Shown here: positions 48,066-58,775 of the stretch, piece after piece
Position numbering within the stretch: position 1 is the first letter of the stretch
Layout: each line of letters starts with the position of its first letter
DNA from: an uncultured bacterium
GTDB lineage: Bacteria > Patescibacteriota > Minisyncoccia > Phycocordibacterales > CAIZLB01
DNA: 64,000 nt
Assembly (NCBI GenBank): GCA_903936565.1
Contig: CAIZVZ010000001.1
Coordinates: 95,905 to 159,904, forward strand
Reading direction: 5' to 3'
Translations under genes and position numbers: made by a program
Notes under the pieces: generated by a model
Database searches by the model: none
The model's input: the letters and a program-made list of their open reading frames with translations, nothing else
Told to the model about the DNA's origin: nothing

Positions 48066-48911
48066 ATGAAAATAAGCAAGGAGAATGCGGAAATACTTGG
48101 TTTATCAAAGGCGGAGCTTTCTATTATCGATAGCCTAGAAGCAAAGGACTCCAAACACAAAGACCTCTCCATCATCAATATATCAAAAGAAACTGGCATC
48201 CCCCGCACTTCCCTGTACTATATGCTACCTAAATTAGAAAAACGTGGTTTTATTGAAATTAAAAGAAATAACAAGAAAATATTCTGGCGAAAAAGCAGGG
48301 ATGAAGATTTTCAAAAGAAATTCTTGAGAACAATTGAAGACATTACCGAGAATAAAATTACTCACCACTCCCCCACCTCGAACAACAACCACATAAAAGT
48401 GCTTTATGGTACAGATCAGCTTTCAACAGTCTTTGATGAGATCACCGCCCTGCCTAGCAGAACTAGAGTTTTTGCTATTCAACCGGACCTATCAATTCTA
48501 GATGTGATCAAGAAACTACCTATTAAAAAATCAATAGCGGTCTGTGACGGTATTAAAAGTAAACATCTCATAATGGATGGAATAGTACATGAAAAATCTA
48601 TTGATTCCATAAAAGGCTCACTTAGTGACAAAAGAGTTACGAAGGAATTACTCAGCAGCTTCGGAGGAAGATCTGCTGATATGGCTAAAATGCCAGATAA
48701 CTTTCTGCCTACCACCCACGCTGAAACATATCTTTATGAAGATAAGGTTACGCTATTGAATTGGGATAAAGAAATAGCGGTCATTATAAAAGATAAGGAC
48801 ATATTCCAACTTATCAAGGAAATGTTTAATTCCACAAAATATCTAATGGAGAGATACGATCAGAATGAGAAGATTGCGAGAAGATTGGTAGATTTAGAAA
48901 AACTACATTAG
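48066..48911 (+). CDS. TrmB-family winged-helix transcriptional regulator, R-3
   Basis: It has the HTH ELSIIDSLEAKDSKHKDLSIINISKETGIPRTSLYYMLPKLEKRGFI. Its C-terminus is nearly identical to that of R-7 (60069-60920). Confidence 0.7.
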   Translation: MKISKENAEILGLSKAELSIIDSLEAKDSKHKDLSIINISKETGIPRTSLYYMLPKLEKRGFIEIKRNNKKIFWRKSRDEDFQKKFLRTIEDITENKITHHSPTSNNNHIKVLYGTDQLSTVFDEITALPSRTRVFAIQPDLSILDVIKKLPIKKSIAVCDGIKSKHLIMDGIVHEKSIDSIKGSLSDKRVTKELLSSFGGRSADMAKMPDNFLPTTHAETYLYEDKVTLLNWDKEIAVIIKDKDIFQLIKEMFNSTKYLMERYDQNEKIARRLVDLEKLH

Positions 48912-48944
48912 AATCAAGATATATAAACGAGGGTGGTTTTTATA

Positions 48945-50012
48945 TTAGAACTCCGTTACCTCTAAATAATCCTTTCTTGAAACAACATCCCCATTTGACT
49001 GGAATTTATATGATGTCATTGCCCCGTCGATTCCAGCTAGAGCTTTATTCTTTAAAAGCTTGACCCTGTCACTGTCCACAACCTCAACACCATCAAGTGA
49101 CTTATCAATAAAGTTCAAGACATCAAATGTAACAGCATTATAGAAAGGATACGTTGGCTCATGTCTATATTTCATTTTAAAATCAGAAATATACTTATTA
49201 TATCCATCACTCTTTAGTACTGTTTTTAGACATTGTCCATGAATATCAAATTTGGAAATCATAGATAATTTATCACAGACATTAACATCTCCAAGAATTT
49301 TATTACTTATTCCAAGCTCCCCCATTTCCCCTAGGATAATTTTAGTAGCACCATCAGCGACTGGTATAAAAATTATTTCATCGTATTTCAAATCCTTTAG
49401 TTTCGAAAGTTCACTCCTATAACTTACCGCATCTGACGCATAAGTAATCCTTGAAACTATTTGACTACCAACCTGACTTATCAAGAAATCACCTGCAGAT
49501 TGTGAATAATCTTGCTTTTCATGCATTAAGACATATTTTTGGTCTGGATTTTGCTTCACAATATTTACAAGATTTTCAGAAATAGAAAGTCCATCTGGAA
49601 TAAATCGAATAACCTCGTCCCCCGTTTTTCTAATTTCAATTGAACCACCAAAACCTGTCATAATTACATTTCCATCTTCTTTAACAACAGGAGCAAGAGC
49701 AAGGATACTTCCACTACACGCAACGACATACACCTTAATACCCTGAGATTTTAAAATATTATAAGCAGACAATGCGCCCTTTCCAGTACATTGATCATCT
49801 TGTGCCACAAACTGTATATTTTTTGCGCGCTCACCATACATCTTTACTGATTTCTGTAAATCGTCAGTAATAGATGCGGCTGGACCAGTTAAAGGCATAA
49901 TTAATCCTACCTTTATCTTTTCTCCATCATTTTTATTAGCAAAGGCAAAGACAATGCCTAGCACAATTACAATTAGTAGTACCAATATCCACTTAAAATT
50001 ATTGTTTTTCAT
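48945..50012 (-). CDS. LivK-like type-I substrate-binding protein, signal-anchored, SBP-6
   Basis: The likely start is MKNNNFKWILVLL at 50012. It has IKVGLIMPLTGPAASI ... FVAQDDQCTGKGA. Confidence 0.75.
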   Translation of the reverse strand: MKNNNFKWILVLLIVIVLGIVFAFANKNDGEKIKVGLIMPLTGPAASITDDLQKSVKMYGERAKNIQFVAQDDQCTGKGALSAYNILKSQGIKVYVVACSGSILALAPVVKEDGNVIMTGFGGSIEIRKTGDEVIRFIPDGLSISENLVNIVKQNPDQKYVLMHEKQDYSQSAGDFLISQVGSQIVSRITYASDAVSYRSELSKLKDLKYDEIIFIPVADGATKIILGEMGELGISNKILGDVNVCDKLSMISKFDIHGQCLKTVLKSDGYNKYISDFKMKYRHEPTYPFYNAVTFDVLNFIDKSLDGVEVVDSDRVKLLKNKALAGIDGAMTSYKFQSNGDVVSRKDYLEVTEF

Positions 50013-50120
50013 AATGTCTAATATTATACAACAGCACAGGATTGTGTACAAAATAATAGACTATTACTTCACGGGACTTGATTTTATCCTTATATTACTA
50101 TATATTATCGATTATAAATT

Positions 50121-50897
50121 ATGTCTATAATGGTAAACAAATTAAAGGAGAGAGATTTAAAGAAGCGTCTCATGGATGACGCTGGTTTTTCTGATAAGAA
50201 GGCGGCAATTTATATGTCTATATTAAAACTAGGTGAAGCAACCTCAAATGAAATCGCCAAGAGTGCTAATATAAAAAGGACCACTGTGTACAATATCCTA
50301 CCAGAACTTTTAAAAGAGGGTGTCGTTCGTAAAACCAAGAGACTGAAGAAAACTTTATTCTACATTGAAGACACAAGCGATTTAGTATCGAGACTTGATG
50401 AAAAGAGATTTGGTATTGAAGAAATTCTCCCTGACCTCAACAGCCTGCAAATGTCTAATAGGTCCAAACCTAAAGTCGTTCAATACGAAGGGCAAAATGG
50501 TATCATACAACTTTATAAAGATTTACTTAATTCAATTCCTGTTGGAGGAGAGCTACTTTCCGTAATTGGCGCCAACTACGCAAAGGACTTAATGCCGTAT
50601 CATATACTTGAATACTATTCAGATTTTAGATTAAAGAAGAAAATAAGACACAGACTAATTGGCACAAATAATGATTTCATAAAGGAATTTAAAGCAAAGG
50701 ATAAAGACCAATATCGAGAAACGAGGATTCTAGAGGAAGGAAACGAATTGATTGGTTCAGATATTAGAATTTTTGGTAACAAAGTTGCAATGCTCTCTTT
50801 TAAAGAAGGCTTCATTGGTGTAATTATAGAAAGTGAGGATTTACATAAGCTAAACAAGGTAATGTTTGAGAGAGTCTGGAATACTTTGAAGGCGTAA
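50121..50897 (+). CDS. TrmB-family winged-helix transcriptional regulator, R-4
   Basis: It has the HTH KKAAIYMSILKLGEATSNEIAKSANIKRTTVYNILPELLKEGVV. Confidence 0.7.
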   Translation: MSIMVNKLKERDLKKRLMDDAGFSDKKAAIYMSILKLGEATSNEIAKSANIKRTTVYNILPELLKEGVVRKTKRLKKTLFYIEDTSDLVSRLDEKRFGIEEILPDLNSLQMSNRSKPKVVQYEGQNGIIQLYKDLLNSIPVGGELLSVIGANYAKDLMPYHILEYYSDFRLKKKIRHRLIGTNNDFIKEFKAKDKDQYRETRILEEGNELIGSDIRIFGNKVAMLSFKEGFIGVIIESEDLHKLNKVMFERVWNTLKA

Positions 50898-50922
50898 AAC
50901 ACCCCATCTACCTAGCCAGCAA

Positions 50923-51657
50923 CTACTCCCCCAAATATGCCTCCACTACATCTCTCTGCTTCAAGACAGTCTCTGGTTTACCATGTGCCAACAACTCTCC
51001 AGCATCAAGTACAACAACCGTATCACACAAGTCTCTAATAATTTCCATATTGTGCTCGACTAGAATTACAGTCTTCCCAGCCTCTCGTAATTCTTTAATA
51101 ATTTCTGAAACTTTCTTTATCATTTCTTTAAACAATCCAGCATAAGGCTCATCAAAAAGAATAATGTCAGCATCCATCGCTATTGCTCTACCAATCTCCA
51201 ACAATTTTCTTTGCCCGTATGAAAGATTCACGGCAAGCTCATGTTTCTTTTCAGATATATCTAGTTTTTCTAAAATTTCAATCGCTCTATCTTCATACAG
51301 CTTTTTCTTTTTCTCAAATAGTGCACCCAGTGCATTTCTGTGAGTCAATACAACCATCAAGTTATCAAGAACGCTCATTTGTTCAAACACTCTAACGTTT
51401 TGAAATGTACGAGTTATTTTATAATCATACATATCCTGTGCCATTATCTTATCAGTCTTAAATCCATCGGCAATGAATATTGTACCGGAGTCTTTTGGGA
51501 TGATACCGGTAATCAAATTAATCAGCGTTGACTTACCAGATCCATTGGGACCAACTAGACCCGTTATCTTGCCAGCCTCGAATTCTAGGCTAAGACCATT
51601 AACAGCCTTAACGCCATAGAAGTGTTTATTGAAGTTGTGAAGTTTTAATGTGGACAT
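50923..51657 (-). CDS. livG: Branched-chain amino acid ABC transporter ATP-binding protein LivG-like
   Basis: It has Walker A GPNGSGKST, the signature LSYGQRKLLEIGRAIA and Walker B ILFDEPYAG. The likely start is MSTLKLHNF; the ORF extends to 51711. Confidence 0.85.
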   Translation of the reverse strand: MSTLKLHNFNKHFYGVKAVNGLSLEFEAGKITGLVGPNGSGKSTLINLITGIIPKDSGTIFIADGFKTDKIMAQDMYDYKITRTFQNVRVFEQMSVLDNLMVVLTHRNALGALFEKKKKLYEDRAIEILEKLDISEKKHELAVNLSYGQRKLLEIGRAIAMDADIILFDEPYAGLFKEMIKKVSEIIKELREAGKTVILVEHNMEIIRDLCDTVVVLDAGELLAHGKPETVLKQRDVVEAYLGE

Positions 51658-51806
51658 TAGATATATTATAATACAAAATTGAAAAATTAAGAATGCCTCA
51701 CAAAGGGTCAAACTAGAACTTAAAAGTCAGTATTCCATAGACTTAACCACATAAACAGCGCTGTTTCCTAGACTTAAGTCTTATAAATAAGTTATTATTA
51801 CTGTAT

Positions 51807-52760
51807 ATGAAAACTCCCACAGGTGAATACAAACCCAACGCGGCTGAAAACCTTGAACAAGAGGACAATCGAGAATGGCAAGAAGGAAGAGAAAGATATA
51901 GGTCTGTCGAAAAGGCCTTAAAGAGATGCTGTACTGTAAATGAGATAAAATTTAGACTCAGAAAGGCGATTGGGGCTGTTAGTAATTTTTACAACATTGA
52001 ATCAGGCAAGAGATTTTCTCAATCACTTCCACAGGGCAGCCACGACACCCTTCCTTTTGAAATGCTATACATTGGAGAGAGACCTGCTGTCTTGACCAGT
52101 CTAGCTCTAACTGATGAGATTATGGAACAAATGAAAGCCGACGGTCTTGAGTTTTTTGATACGGACCCTGAGAGATTGGTAGAAAACTTCATATTTAATA
52201 GACAAAAATTAGAAACTATATATTCAGAAGATGAAGTATTGCAAGAATACGGAGACAGTGTTGATGATGTATTAAGTAAAATAAAAGCAGAGCGCGCTGA
52301 ACGAATACAAAGAGCGGGAGCTTGGGTTGATTATTCTTATCAATACCACTATGCACTTGGATCCTTTTTAGGATACCCCAAAGATGATGTTGCTGAATTT
52401 TCATTTATCCATTCAAAAGTACAATGGTTCATTAATACTTTTGTTGATTCCGTTGTAAATGATTACGCAAGTAGAGGCGAGGAATTAGGTGATATTGAAG
52501 GTAGATTATTTGGAGCGGAGAGTGATGATGTTATTGATTTCCTAATTGCCAACCTAGAGCGTTTTGATTTCCCAGAAGAATCACAAAAAGAAATTTATGC
52601 AAAACTATTAGACAAGATTAAGAGACAAAAATTAGTACACATTGGAGATCTGGTGTTTTCTTCAAGTGAAGAGGGTCATAATCTAGATGAAATAAAAAAT
52701 AGAAGAATTAAGGCTTTCAAATTTATGGGGCACAATGTAGACAAGATGAGTATAAATTAA
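51807..52760 (+). CDS. Hypothetical cytoplasmic protein (317 aa), no recognisable domain
   Basis: Long clean ORF with acidic, helix-rich composition, embedded inside the SBP/TrmB array. Confidence 0.5.
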   Translation: MKTPTGEYKPNAAENLEQEDNREWQEGRERYRSVEKALKRCCTVNEIKFRLRKAIGAVSNFYNIESGKRFSQSLPQGSHDTLPFEMLYIGERPAVLTSLALTDEIMEQMKADGLEFFDTDPERLVENFIFNRQKLETIYSEDEVLQEYGDSVDDVLSKIKAERAERIQRAGAWVDYSYQYHYALGSFLGYPKDDVAEFSFIHSKVQWFINTFVDSVVNDYASRGEELGDIEGRLFGAESDDVIDFLIANLERFDFPEESQKEIYAKLLDKIKRQKLVHIGDLVFSSSEEGHNLDEIKNRRIKAFKFMGHNVDKMSIN

Positions 52761-52761
52761 T

Positions 52762-53595
52762 CTAAACCCTCTCCATCACCCCACGTATTGCCTTATTGTG
52801 GTCAATCTTCTTGCCGCCCGCTTTTACAAACTCAAACATATCAGAGAGAAACAACGCCATACTCTTGTTTGTAATTTCAATTGCCACCTCCTCATGCCAA
52901 TTAATCAAAAGGGCTGTGCTTTTAAATAACCAGATTTCGCAATTATGATTGAAGAAATTATTTGGAAAAACAGTATAGTCTGCCATTCTTCCACTCAAAC
53001 TCTCCACTGTTTCTTTATTTTTTCTTGGGTCTTTCTTTATTTCTTGTAAATATGAGTCGTATGCAGATTCATTAAGCATCCCATCCAATATCAAATGATT
53101 CTTAACAATAGACCTATTGAAATCAACCAGTTGATCTTTGCTAACCTTATCCTGCAGTTCCATCCATGACTTATGGTGCTGAATAGCTTTGATACGTTCA
53201 TTCTTATTTACTGATGAAATTCGCTGATATGCTGGGACAATTTCCTTGGCACCGACGTGGATGATAAACTCATTTTCTTTAGATGTTTTAACTCTAGCGC
53301 CACGAAGTTCTCCAGCGCTTTTTGATTCTATATTTATTTCGTCAAATACATCCTTAAACCTTGACGATAATTCTTTTTTGCAAATCGCAATATATACTGA
53401 CCTTTTACCAACTTTCACACATTCAACAAGCCCCTTGTCCATCAACTTCTCCAGCACGTACAAAATACCCGTACGAGATAATCCCGTGAGTCTTTTGATG
53501 TCCTGTGGGCTTTTTGCAAAGCCTAAGGCCTTAAGTACCTCAATTTCAGTCTCGGTTAATCCAAGTATTTTGAATGTTTTACTATACCAATTCAT
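52762..53595 (-). CDS. TrmB-family winged-helix transcriptional regulator, R-5 (cassette in reversed orientation)
   Basis: It has the HTH TEIEVLKALGFAKSPQDIKRLTGLSRTGILYVLEKLMDKGLV. Confidence 0.65.
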   Translation of the reverse strand: MNWYSKTFKILGLTETEIEVLKALGFAKSPQDIKRLTGLSRTGILYVLEKLMDKGLVECVKVGKRSVYIAICKKELSSRFKDVFDEINIESKSAGELRGARVKTSKENEFIIHVGAKEIVPAYQRISSVNKNERIKAIQHHKSWMELQDKVSKDQLVDFNRSIVKNHLILDGMLNESAYDSYLQEIKKDPRKNKETVESLSGRMADYTVFPNNFFNHNCEIWLFKSTALLINWHEEVAIEITNKSMALFLSDMFEFVKAGGKKIDHNKAIRGVMERV

Positions 53596-53800
53596 GTATT
53601 AAATATAGCAAATAACTAATTTTTAGTCAATTAGATATATGAAAATATGGCCTTGTAAAGCAGTTTAAACGCTAAACAATTTTAATGACACAGTTTTATA
53701 GACCATGTCAAATCAATCAACTATAATGGACCTATTATAAATTTTAGAAATTAACCATCCGCGATGTTATAATAATATCGTAATAAATAAATTATAAATT

Positions 53801-54907
53801 ATGAATAAAAAAATTATAGGAATACTATTAATCATCGTCATTGCAATTATCGCAGTAGTAGGTTTTAACAACTCAAATACTGCGCATAATCCAAAGACTC
53901 TAAAAATTGGGGTTATCGCTCCCCTATCTGGGGACTTCGGTGCTGTTGGTGAAAACTTCGTCAATGGAATCAAAACTGCCAAAGTCGCATACGAGAAGAA
54001 AACTGGAAATACAGTTGAACTTGTAATTGAAAATGATGGCGGAGAAGCAACAAAGGGACTTAGTGCATTCAAAAAGCTAAGTGAGGTGGATAAAGTAGAT
54101 GGAATGATAAATACATTCACTAGTACAATGGATGCAATTTACACTCCTAGCCAGACTCTTCCCTACCCAATCATGATGGGATTCTTTCAGGCAAATAATG
54201 TCGCCGACGATAACACCTTTCAGATTACACTTGGTAACGATGGTGTTTGGAATAAATACGCAAACTATCTTCAGGGTGTGAACTTTGATAAAAGCAATAT
54301 CGTAGTTGTTCACTCAAAGGACGCAGCGCAAGAATCTTTTTCAAAAGAGTTCAGAGCAAACTTCAAGGGTGAGACAACTGAGTTTGTAGCTTCATCAGAA
54401 AAAGGCTCACTTAAAACTGACGCGACAAAGATTGCGGGATTGAAACCAACAGCAATTGTATTCTTCATGACACCCGAGAATGGTGCAATACTTACAAAGG
54501 AGCTATTACAACTAGTTCCAAAAAATACTCAATTGATTTATGACATTCAAATCAACACAGGTATTCAGTATTACAAAGATCAACTTGGAGATTTGAATAA
54601 GATAAACGGAGCAATAACAATTGTTCCTGAAGCTGAAGCAAATCAAAAATTCATCGATGAGTATAAGGCAGTAATTGGAAAAGACCCTGGATTCACATCA
54701 GACTTCGGATACGATGCCTTCATGGTATACATGGAGAATTACAACAAAGATAAAAGTGCTTGGATTTCAAGTCTTAAAAAGACAGATGAAATAGGTGCTA
54801 GTGGACATCTTAAGTTTGATGGTAAAGGAGTGGTGATCCCCAACCTAACAATCAAGAAGATTGAAGGAGGCGAGATGAAGGTTGTCGAGAGATTGCCTTT
54901 TAACTAA
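53801..54907 (+). CDS. LivK-like type-I substrate-binding protein, signal-anchored, SBP-7
   Basis: An MNKKIIGILLII start is followed by LKIGVIAPLSGDFGAVGE ... VELVIENDGGEATKG. Confidence 0.8.
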   Translation: MNKKIIGILLIIVIAIIAVVGFNNSNTAHNPKTLKIGVIAPLSGDFGAVGENFVNGIKTAKVAYEKKTGNTVELVIENDGGEATKGLSAFKKLSEVDKVDGMINTFTSTMDAIYTPSQTLPYPIMMGFFQANNVADDNTFQITLGNDGVWNKYANYLQGVNFDKSNIVVVHSKDAAQESFSKEFRANFKGETTEFVASSEKGSLKTDATKIAGLKPTAIVFFMTPENGAILTKELLQLVPKNTQLIYDIQINTGIQYYKDQLGDLNKINGAITIVPEAEANQKFIDEYKAVIGKDPGFTSDFGYDAFMVYMENYNKDKSAWISSLKKTDEIGASGHLKFDGKGVVIPNLTIKKIEGGEMKVVERLPFN

Positions 54908-55074
54908 AGCTGCCATCTAACCCACCACTACCTAGTTTCAAATCAAATAGCACACAAAACCCCAAGATATTAAACTTGGGGTTTTGTAATTTACAATCCA
55001 TAGCTTTGTGTTATATTCCTAATGGCTAAACATTAAGTCTTTCAACTACAACCAACCCGAACAATACCCCGTAT

Positions 55075-55410
55075 ATGAAAAACACAAATGCATTAAAAGA
55101 GATCCTTAAGGGGGGCTCCCCCCTCAGTACTGACGAACAAGCAATACAAATCATTGCCCTAGCTGTCCCAAGGAAGGGCGCCATGAAATTTGACGAGGCA
55201 GACGAACCAGGAGATAAGCTTGTTGCACTTCGGGAACTGACCGCCGAAATTGCGAAGCTCGATGAAAATGAGGTGACAATTAGACCAGCCTTGTTCGCCC
55301 TTATGATGTCCGAAATGGAAAACAGATCATCGGCTTTCACGTCAGTTTCAACAAGACTGGTCGTTGAAGGCTCACATCGAGGTCAAATTGATGGTCATGG
55401 TCAGGCCTGA
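55075..55410 (+). CDS. Hypothetical small protein (111 aa), GC-rich
   Basis: ORF followed 27 nt downstream by a strong terminator. Its GC is clearly above the local background. Confidence 0.4.
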   Translation: MKNTNALKEILKGGSPLSTDEQAIQIIALAVPRKGAMKFDEADEPGDKLVALRELTAEIAKLDENEVTIRPALFALMMSEMENRSSAFTSVSTRLVVEGSHRGQIDGHGQA

Positions 55411-55436
55411 GTCCAGGAACACAACCCCACACCAAC

Positions 55437-55471
55437 CAAAATCGGCAGCTAAACCAAGGCTGCCGATTTTT
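55437..55471. terminator. Bidirectional intrinsic terminator AAAATCGGCAGC-taaaccaag-GCTGCCGATTTT
   Basis: 12-bp stem flanked by A and T tracts, between the 55075 ORF (+) and SBP-8 (-). Confidence 0.65.
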
Positions 55472-55507
55472 GAACTATTGTTTTATTCACTCAATAATAT
55501 TGACCGT

Positions 55508-56608
55508 TTATTTTATCTCCACCTTCTCCTTATTCACCACCCTACCAAAAACCAAATCTGATACCAAGACACGGTTCACGAACTTAGCATTTTCATATCC
55601 AACTACTGGCAAATCATTTTTATTTGCAAGCTTATTGGCAACACATTCGACATCCTTGTTTTTTTCACAATCTGCCAATCCAATTCCTAGCGCCATTATT
55701 GATTGATATGAATTCGCAGCAGCTTGAATATCATCGACATTCATATTTGGATATAGTTTTTTAATTTTATCAGCAAATACTTGATTTACTGGAGCCTCAA
55801 AATAATATACATTATTTGTTGCTTCCGCAGGTAAGTTGGCGATATTTTTCTCAGTTACCAAATCTTGCTTATCTGAAAAGAACCCCGCCTTAATACCCAT
55901 GTCATTTGCTTGCTTCAGAATGGAATATGATCCATCTTCATACATAATTGGCACAATATAATCTGGTGCAAATGATTTATTCTGAAGAAGTATTGTTCTG
56001 AAGTCTGTATCTTTTGGACTTAGACCTTGCACCACTTTTATATTTTCCATTGGGACTGAACTCTCCCCAAGACCACTTTGACAATACGACGCAACATCAC
56101 CAACAGCACTTACAATTAGATATTTCTTATTTGAGCCATCAATCTTTTTTACAAACTCCCTACATGCAACTTCAAAGCTTAGAAAAGTTTTTATAGAATT
56201 AGGATTTTCTTCTACAATTTTTTGATTATATGCACTGTACATCATTATTTTGTTTGCACTCTTTGCAACTGGACCAACAGCATACGCAACAGATGAGAAC
56301 TCAACATATAGTGCGTCGACTTTGTCAGCCGATAAAAGTTTTTGAGCAGCTGAGACACCTCTTGGTGCTGAGGATTGACTATCCTCTATTGTAACCTCCA
56401 CCTTTCCCTTTCCATACATATTCTCAAGGTCTTTCTCAGCCATTTGCACCCCCTTAGCGACGGGTCCTCCCCAGTATGCACCGAAACCTGTTTGAGGAGC
56501 GATTACTCCAATTTTTATCTTTGCACCATTTTCATAATTACGAGCAGCTAATAAAATCAATACTAACACGACCACTATTACGGAAACTATTTTTATTATT
56601 TTTTTCAT
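55508..56608 (-). CDS. LivK-like type-I substrate-binding protein, signal-anchored, SBP-8
   Basis: It has IKIGVIAPQTGFGAYWGGPVAKG ... VEVTIEDSQSSAPRG. Confidence 0.8.
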   Translation of the reverse strand: MKKIIKIVSVIVVVLVLILLAARNYENGAKIKIGVIAPQTGFGAYWGGPVAKGVQMAEKDLENMYGKGKVEVTIEDSQSSAPRGVSAAQKLLSADKVDALYVEFSSVAYAVGPVAKSANKIMMYSAYNQKIVEENPNSIKTFLSFEVACREFVKKIDGSNKKYLIVSAVGDVASYCQSGLGESSVPMENIKVVQGLSPKDTDFRTILLQNKSFAPDYIVPIMYEDGSYSILKQANDMGIKAGFFSDKQDLVTEKNIANLPAEATNNVYYFEAPVNQVFADKIKKLYPNMNVDDIQAAANSYQSIMALGIGLADCEKNKDVECVANKLANKNDLPVVGYENAKFVNRVLVSDLVFGRVVNKEKVEIK

Positions 56609-56761
56609 ATGCATATTTAATATTTAGTGGAATAAAGCATAACACCCATAGCTATTGATGTCATGAAATTTAATTGCATAATTATTTTTCCTATGCGATG
56701 GCTTCACATAAGGACAATTCACATGTTTACTGTTGTCCTGTTTTGTGACAGAATATTAATC

Positions 56762-57502
56762 ATGAGTAATTTAATGCAAAACCTAGAGACATTCGGCTTT
56801 GAGCCAAGAGAGGTAAAGATATATACTTTCCTATTATCAAATAGAGATTTACCGGTTTATAAGATAGCTACAGAGGTTGATATACCAAGGACAACAACCT
56901 ATAAGATTCTTGAGTCATTAAAGAAGCAAGGATTCGTATCTAGTTGGATTAAAAATGGTGTTAAATATTTTTCTGCAGAAAGCCCAGATCGTCTAAAGGA
57001 CCTTGCACAAAAGAAGCAAGACGCCCTGCAAAATGCCATGCCAGAACTAATGGGACTATTTGATACTAAATCAATTTATCCAAAGGCAAAATTGTATTTA
57101 GGAAAAGAAGGTGTGAAGCATACATTTGAATTAATACTTGAAAGTGCGAAGATAAATAAAACCCAAATAATATACGCCTATACTGATAATTTACTAACCA
57201 AACAGCTTCCAGTATTTTTTAAGGAATGGAGAGATAGAAAGAATAAGGAAACAGGATCTTATACACAGCTTATAGTCCCCCACGGTACTCCAATGAGCGC
57301 TGATTATGGAAGTGATGAGTATAGAGAAACAAGAATGATGCCTGAAGAGTTTTCATTTGCGGGATCAATTGATATTTGTGACAAGATGGTTTGTTTCTTT
57401 TCATTCCATGAAAAGGAAGTCTACTCTATTGTTGTAGAATCACCCATCGTAACAGAAATGCTTAAGAAGATATTTCAGTATGTTTGGAAGACATTGGAAT
57501 AA
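56762..57502 (+). CDS. TrmB-family winged-helix transcriptional regulator, R-6
   Basis: It has the HTH REVKIYTFLLSNRDLPVYKIATEVDIPRTTTYKILESLKKQGFV. The ORF opens at 56663, but the likely start is MSNLMQ at 56762. Confidence 0.7.
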   Translation: MSNLMQNLETFGFEPREVKIYTFLLSNRDLPVYKIATEVDIPRTTTYKILESLKKQGFVSSWIKNGVKYFSAESPDRLKDLAQKKQDALQNAMPELMGLFDTKSIYPKAKLYLGKEGVKHTFELILESAKINKTQIIYAYTDNLLTKQLPVFFKEWRDRKNKETGSYTQLIVPHGTPMSADYGSDEYRETRMMPEEFSFAGSIDICDKMVCFFSFHEKEVYSIVVESPIVTEMLKKIFQYVWKTLE

Positions 57503-57561
57503 ACAAAAACAACCCCTTTTGAGAATTGTTTAAGTTATATAAATTTTATTCTTGAAAGTAA

Positions 57562-58668
57562 TTATTTTACCTCCTCGTAATTTCCCTTTCCGAGAATCTT
57601 GAATAATCCCGCTTGAGACTTATTTGGATTAATATTAGTTCCCGATGTAAAATCTATATTTCCATCGACGCTTTCATATTTAACCTTCTTTAGTCCAGCC
57701 AGTAAATCATTGGGGCTATTTTCATATGCCTTGGCAATAGATCTAATTAGCTCGTAACTATTTTGAGCTTCCAGCACAGGATATTTACCATACTTATTCT
57801 TATATTTTGATGCAAATTCTTGATTAGGTCTCCAATCTATAACAAAGACATTTTTTAGTTGCTCCAAACTAACTGAATCTGAGTTTTCAAAACCATCAAC
57901 TAAATTACTATCCACTAAAATAGGGATATTGACTCCAAGATTTTTTAAGGTCTTCACAGCTCTATCTCCCCAACCAACCACCAGTATTACGTCTGGATTA
58001 GCTGCCTTCATTTTCACTGCCTCAATTCTATAGTCAACCATAAAGTCACCACTGCATGTTTCGGCAACAATCTTTATTCCTCTCTCCTTAGCTACATCCT
58101 CATAAGCTTTTGTAAATGCCACACCCCATGTGTTAGCATTCCAACAAATTATACCCACTGTTTTTGCTGATGGATTAACATCGAAGAACTTTTCAATAGC
58201 ACCCTTAATACTTGATGTAGTGTGACCCATTGTGAAGAAATATGTGCTTGTTCCCTCTACTGAATTATCCATAACTGTTGGAGAAATTGTTACTATCTTA
58301 TTTGATTCAGAAAGAGGAACCAATGGATTAGACAAAAATGCCCAAACATCAGATATCATCACATCAACCTTATCTACATTGACCAACTTGTGAAAGGATG
58401 ACACATCCTTTGAGGGATTACTTTGACTATCTTCATATATAACTTGAATTGGGCGGCCATTAACCCCTCCTTTTGAATTGATCTCTTCAACAGCCATTTC
58501 AGCTCCATTTTTAGCAGATTCTGACCAGAAGGCAGCTGCTCCAGTCAAGGAAAGTGTTGCTCCAACTTTAATAGGACCGCCCTTAGCTTTTCCATAATTC
58601 TGAGACAGACCAACCCCGACCAGAATGATGATTATTAATGCAATAATTACCCATATTTTTGTTTTCAT
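57562..58668 (-). CDS. LivK-like type-I substrate-binding protein, signal-anchored, SBP-9
   Basis: It has IKVGATLSLTGAAAFWSE ... GGVNGRPIQVIYEDSQSNPSKD. The likely start is MKTKIWVII. Confidence 0.8.
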   Translation of the reverse strand: MKTKIWVIIALIIIILVGVGLSQNYGKAKGGPIKVGATLSLTGAAAFWSESAKNGAEMAVEEINSKGGVNGRPIQVIYEDSQSNPSKDVSSFHKLVNVDKVDVMISDVWAFLSNPLVPLSESNKIVTISPTVMDNSVEGTSTYFFTMGHTTSSIKGAIEKFFDVNPSAKTVGIICWNANTWGVAFTKAYEDVAKERGIKIVAETCSGDFMVDYRIEAVKMKAANPDVILVVGWGDRAVKTLKNLGVNIPILVDSNLVDGFENSDSVSLEQLKNVFVIDWRPNQEFASKYKNKYGKYPVLEAQNSYELIRSIAKAYENSPNDLLAGLKKVKYESVDGNIDFTSGTNINPNKSQAGLFKILGKGNYEEVK

Positions 58669-58775
58669 AACTATATTAAAGCATATGCAGATATTCATCT
58701 CAAGCAAAAAACCAACCGCCTTCCGGCTGTTGGTTTTTCACATAATCACACTTTAAAATAAGTCCGTCTTTCAAA

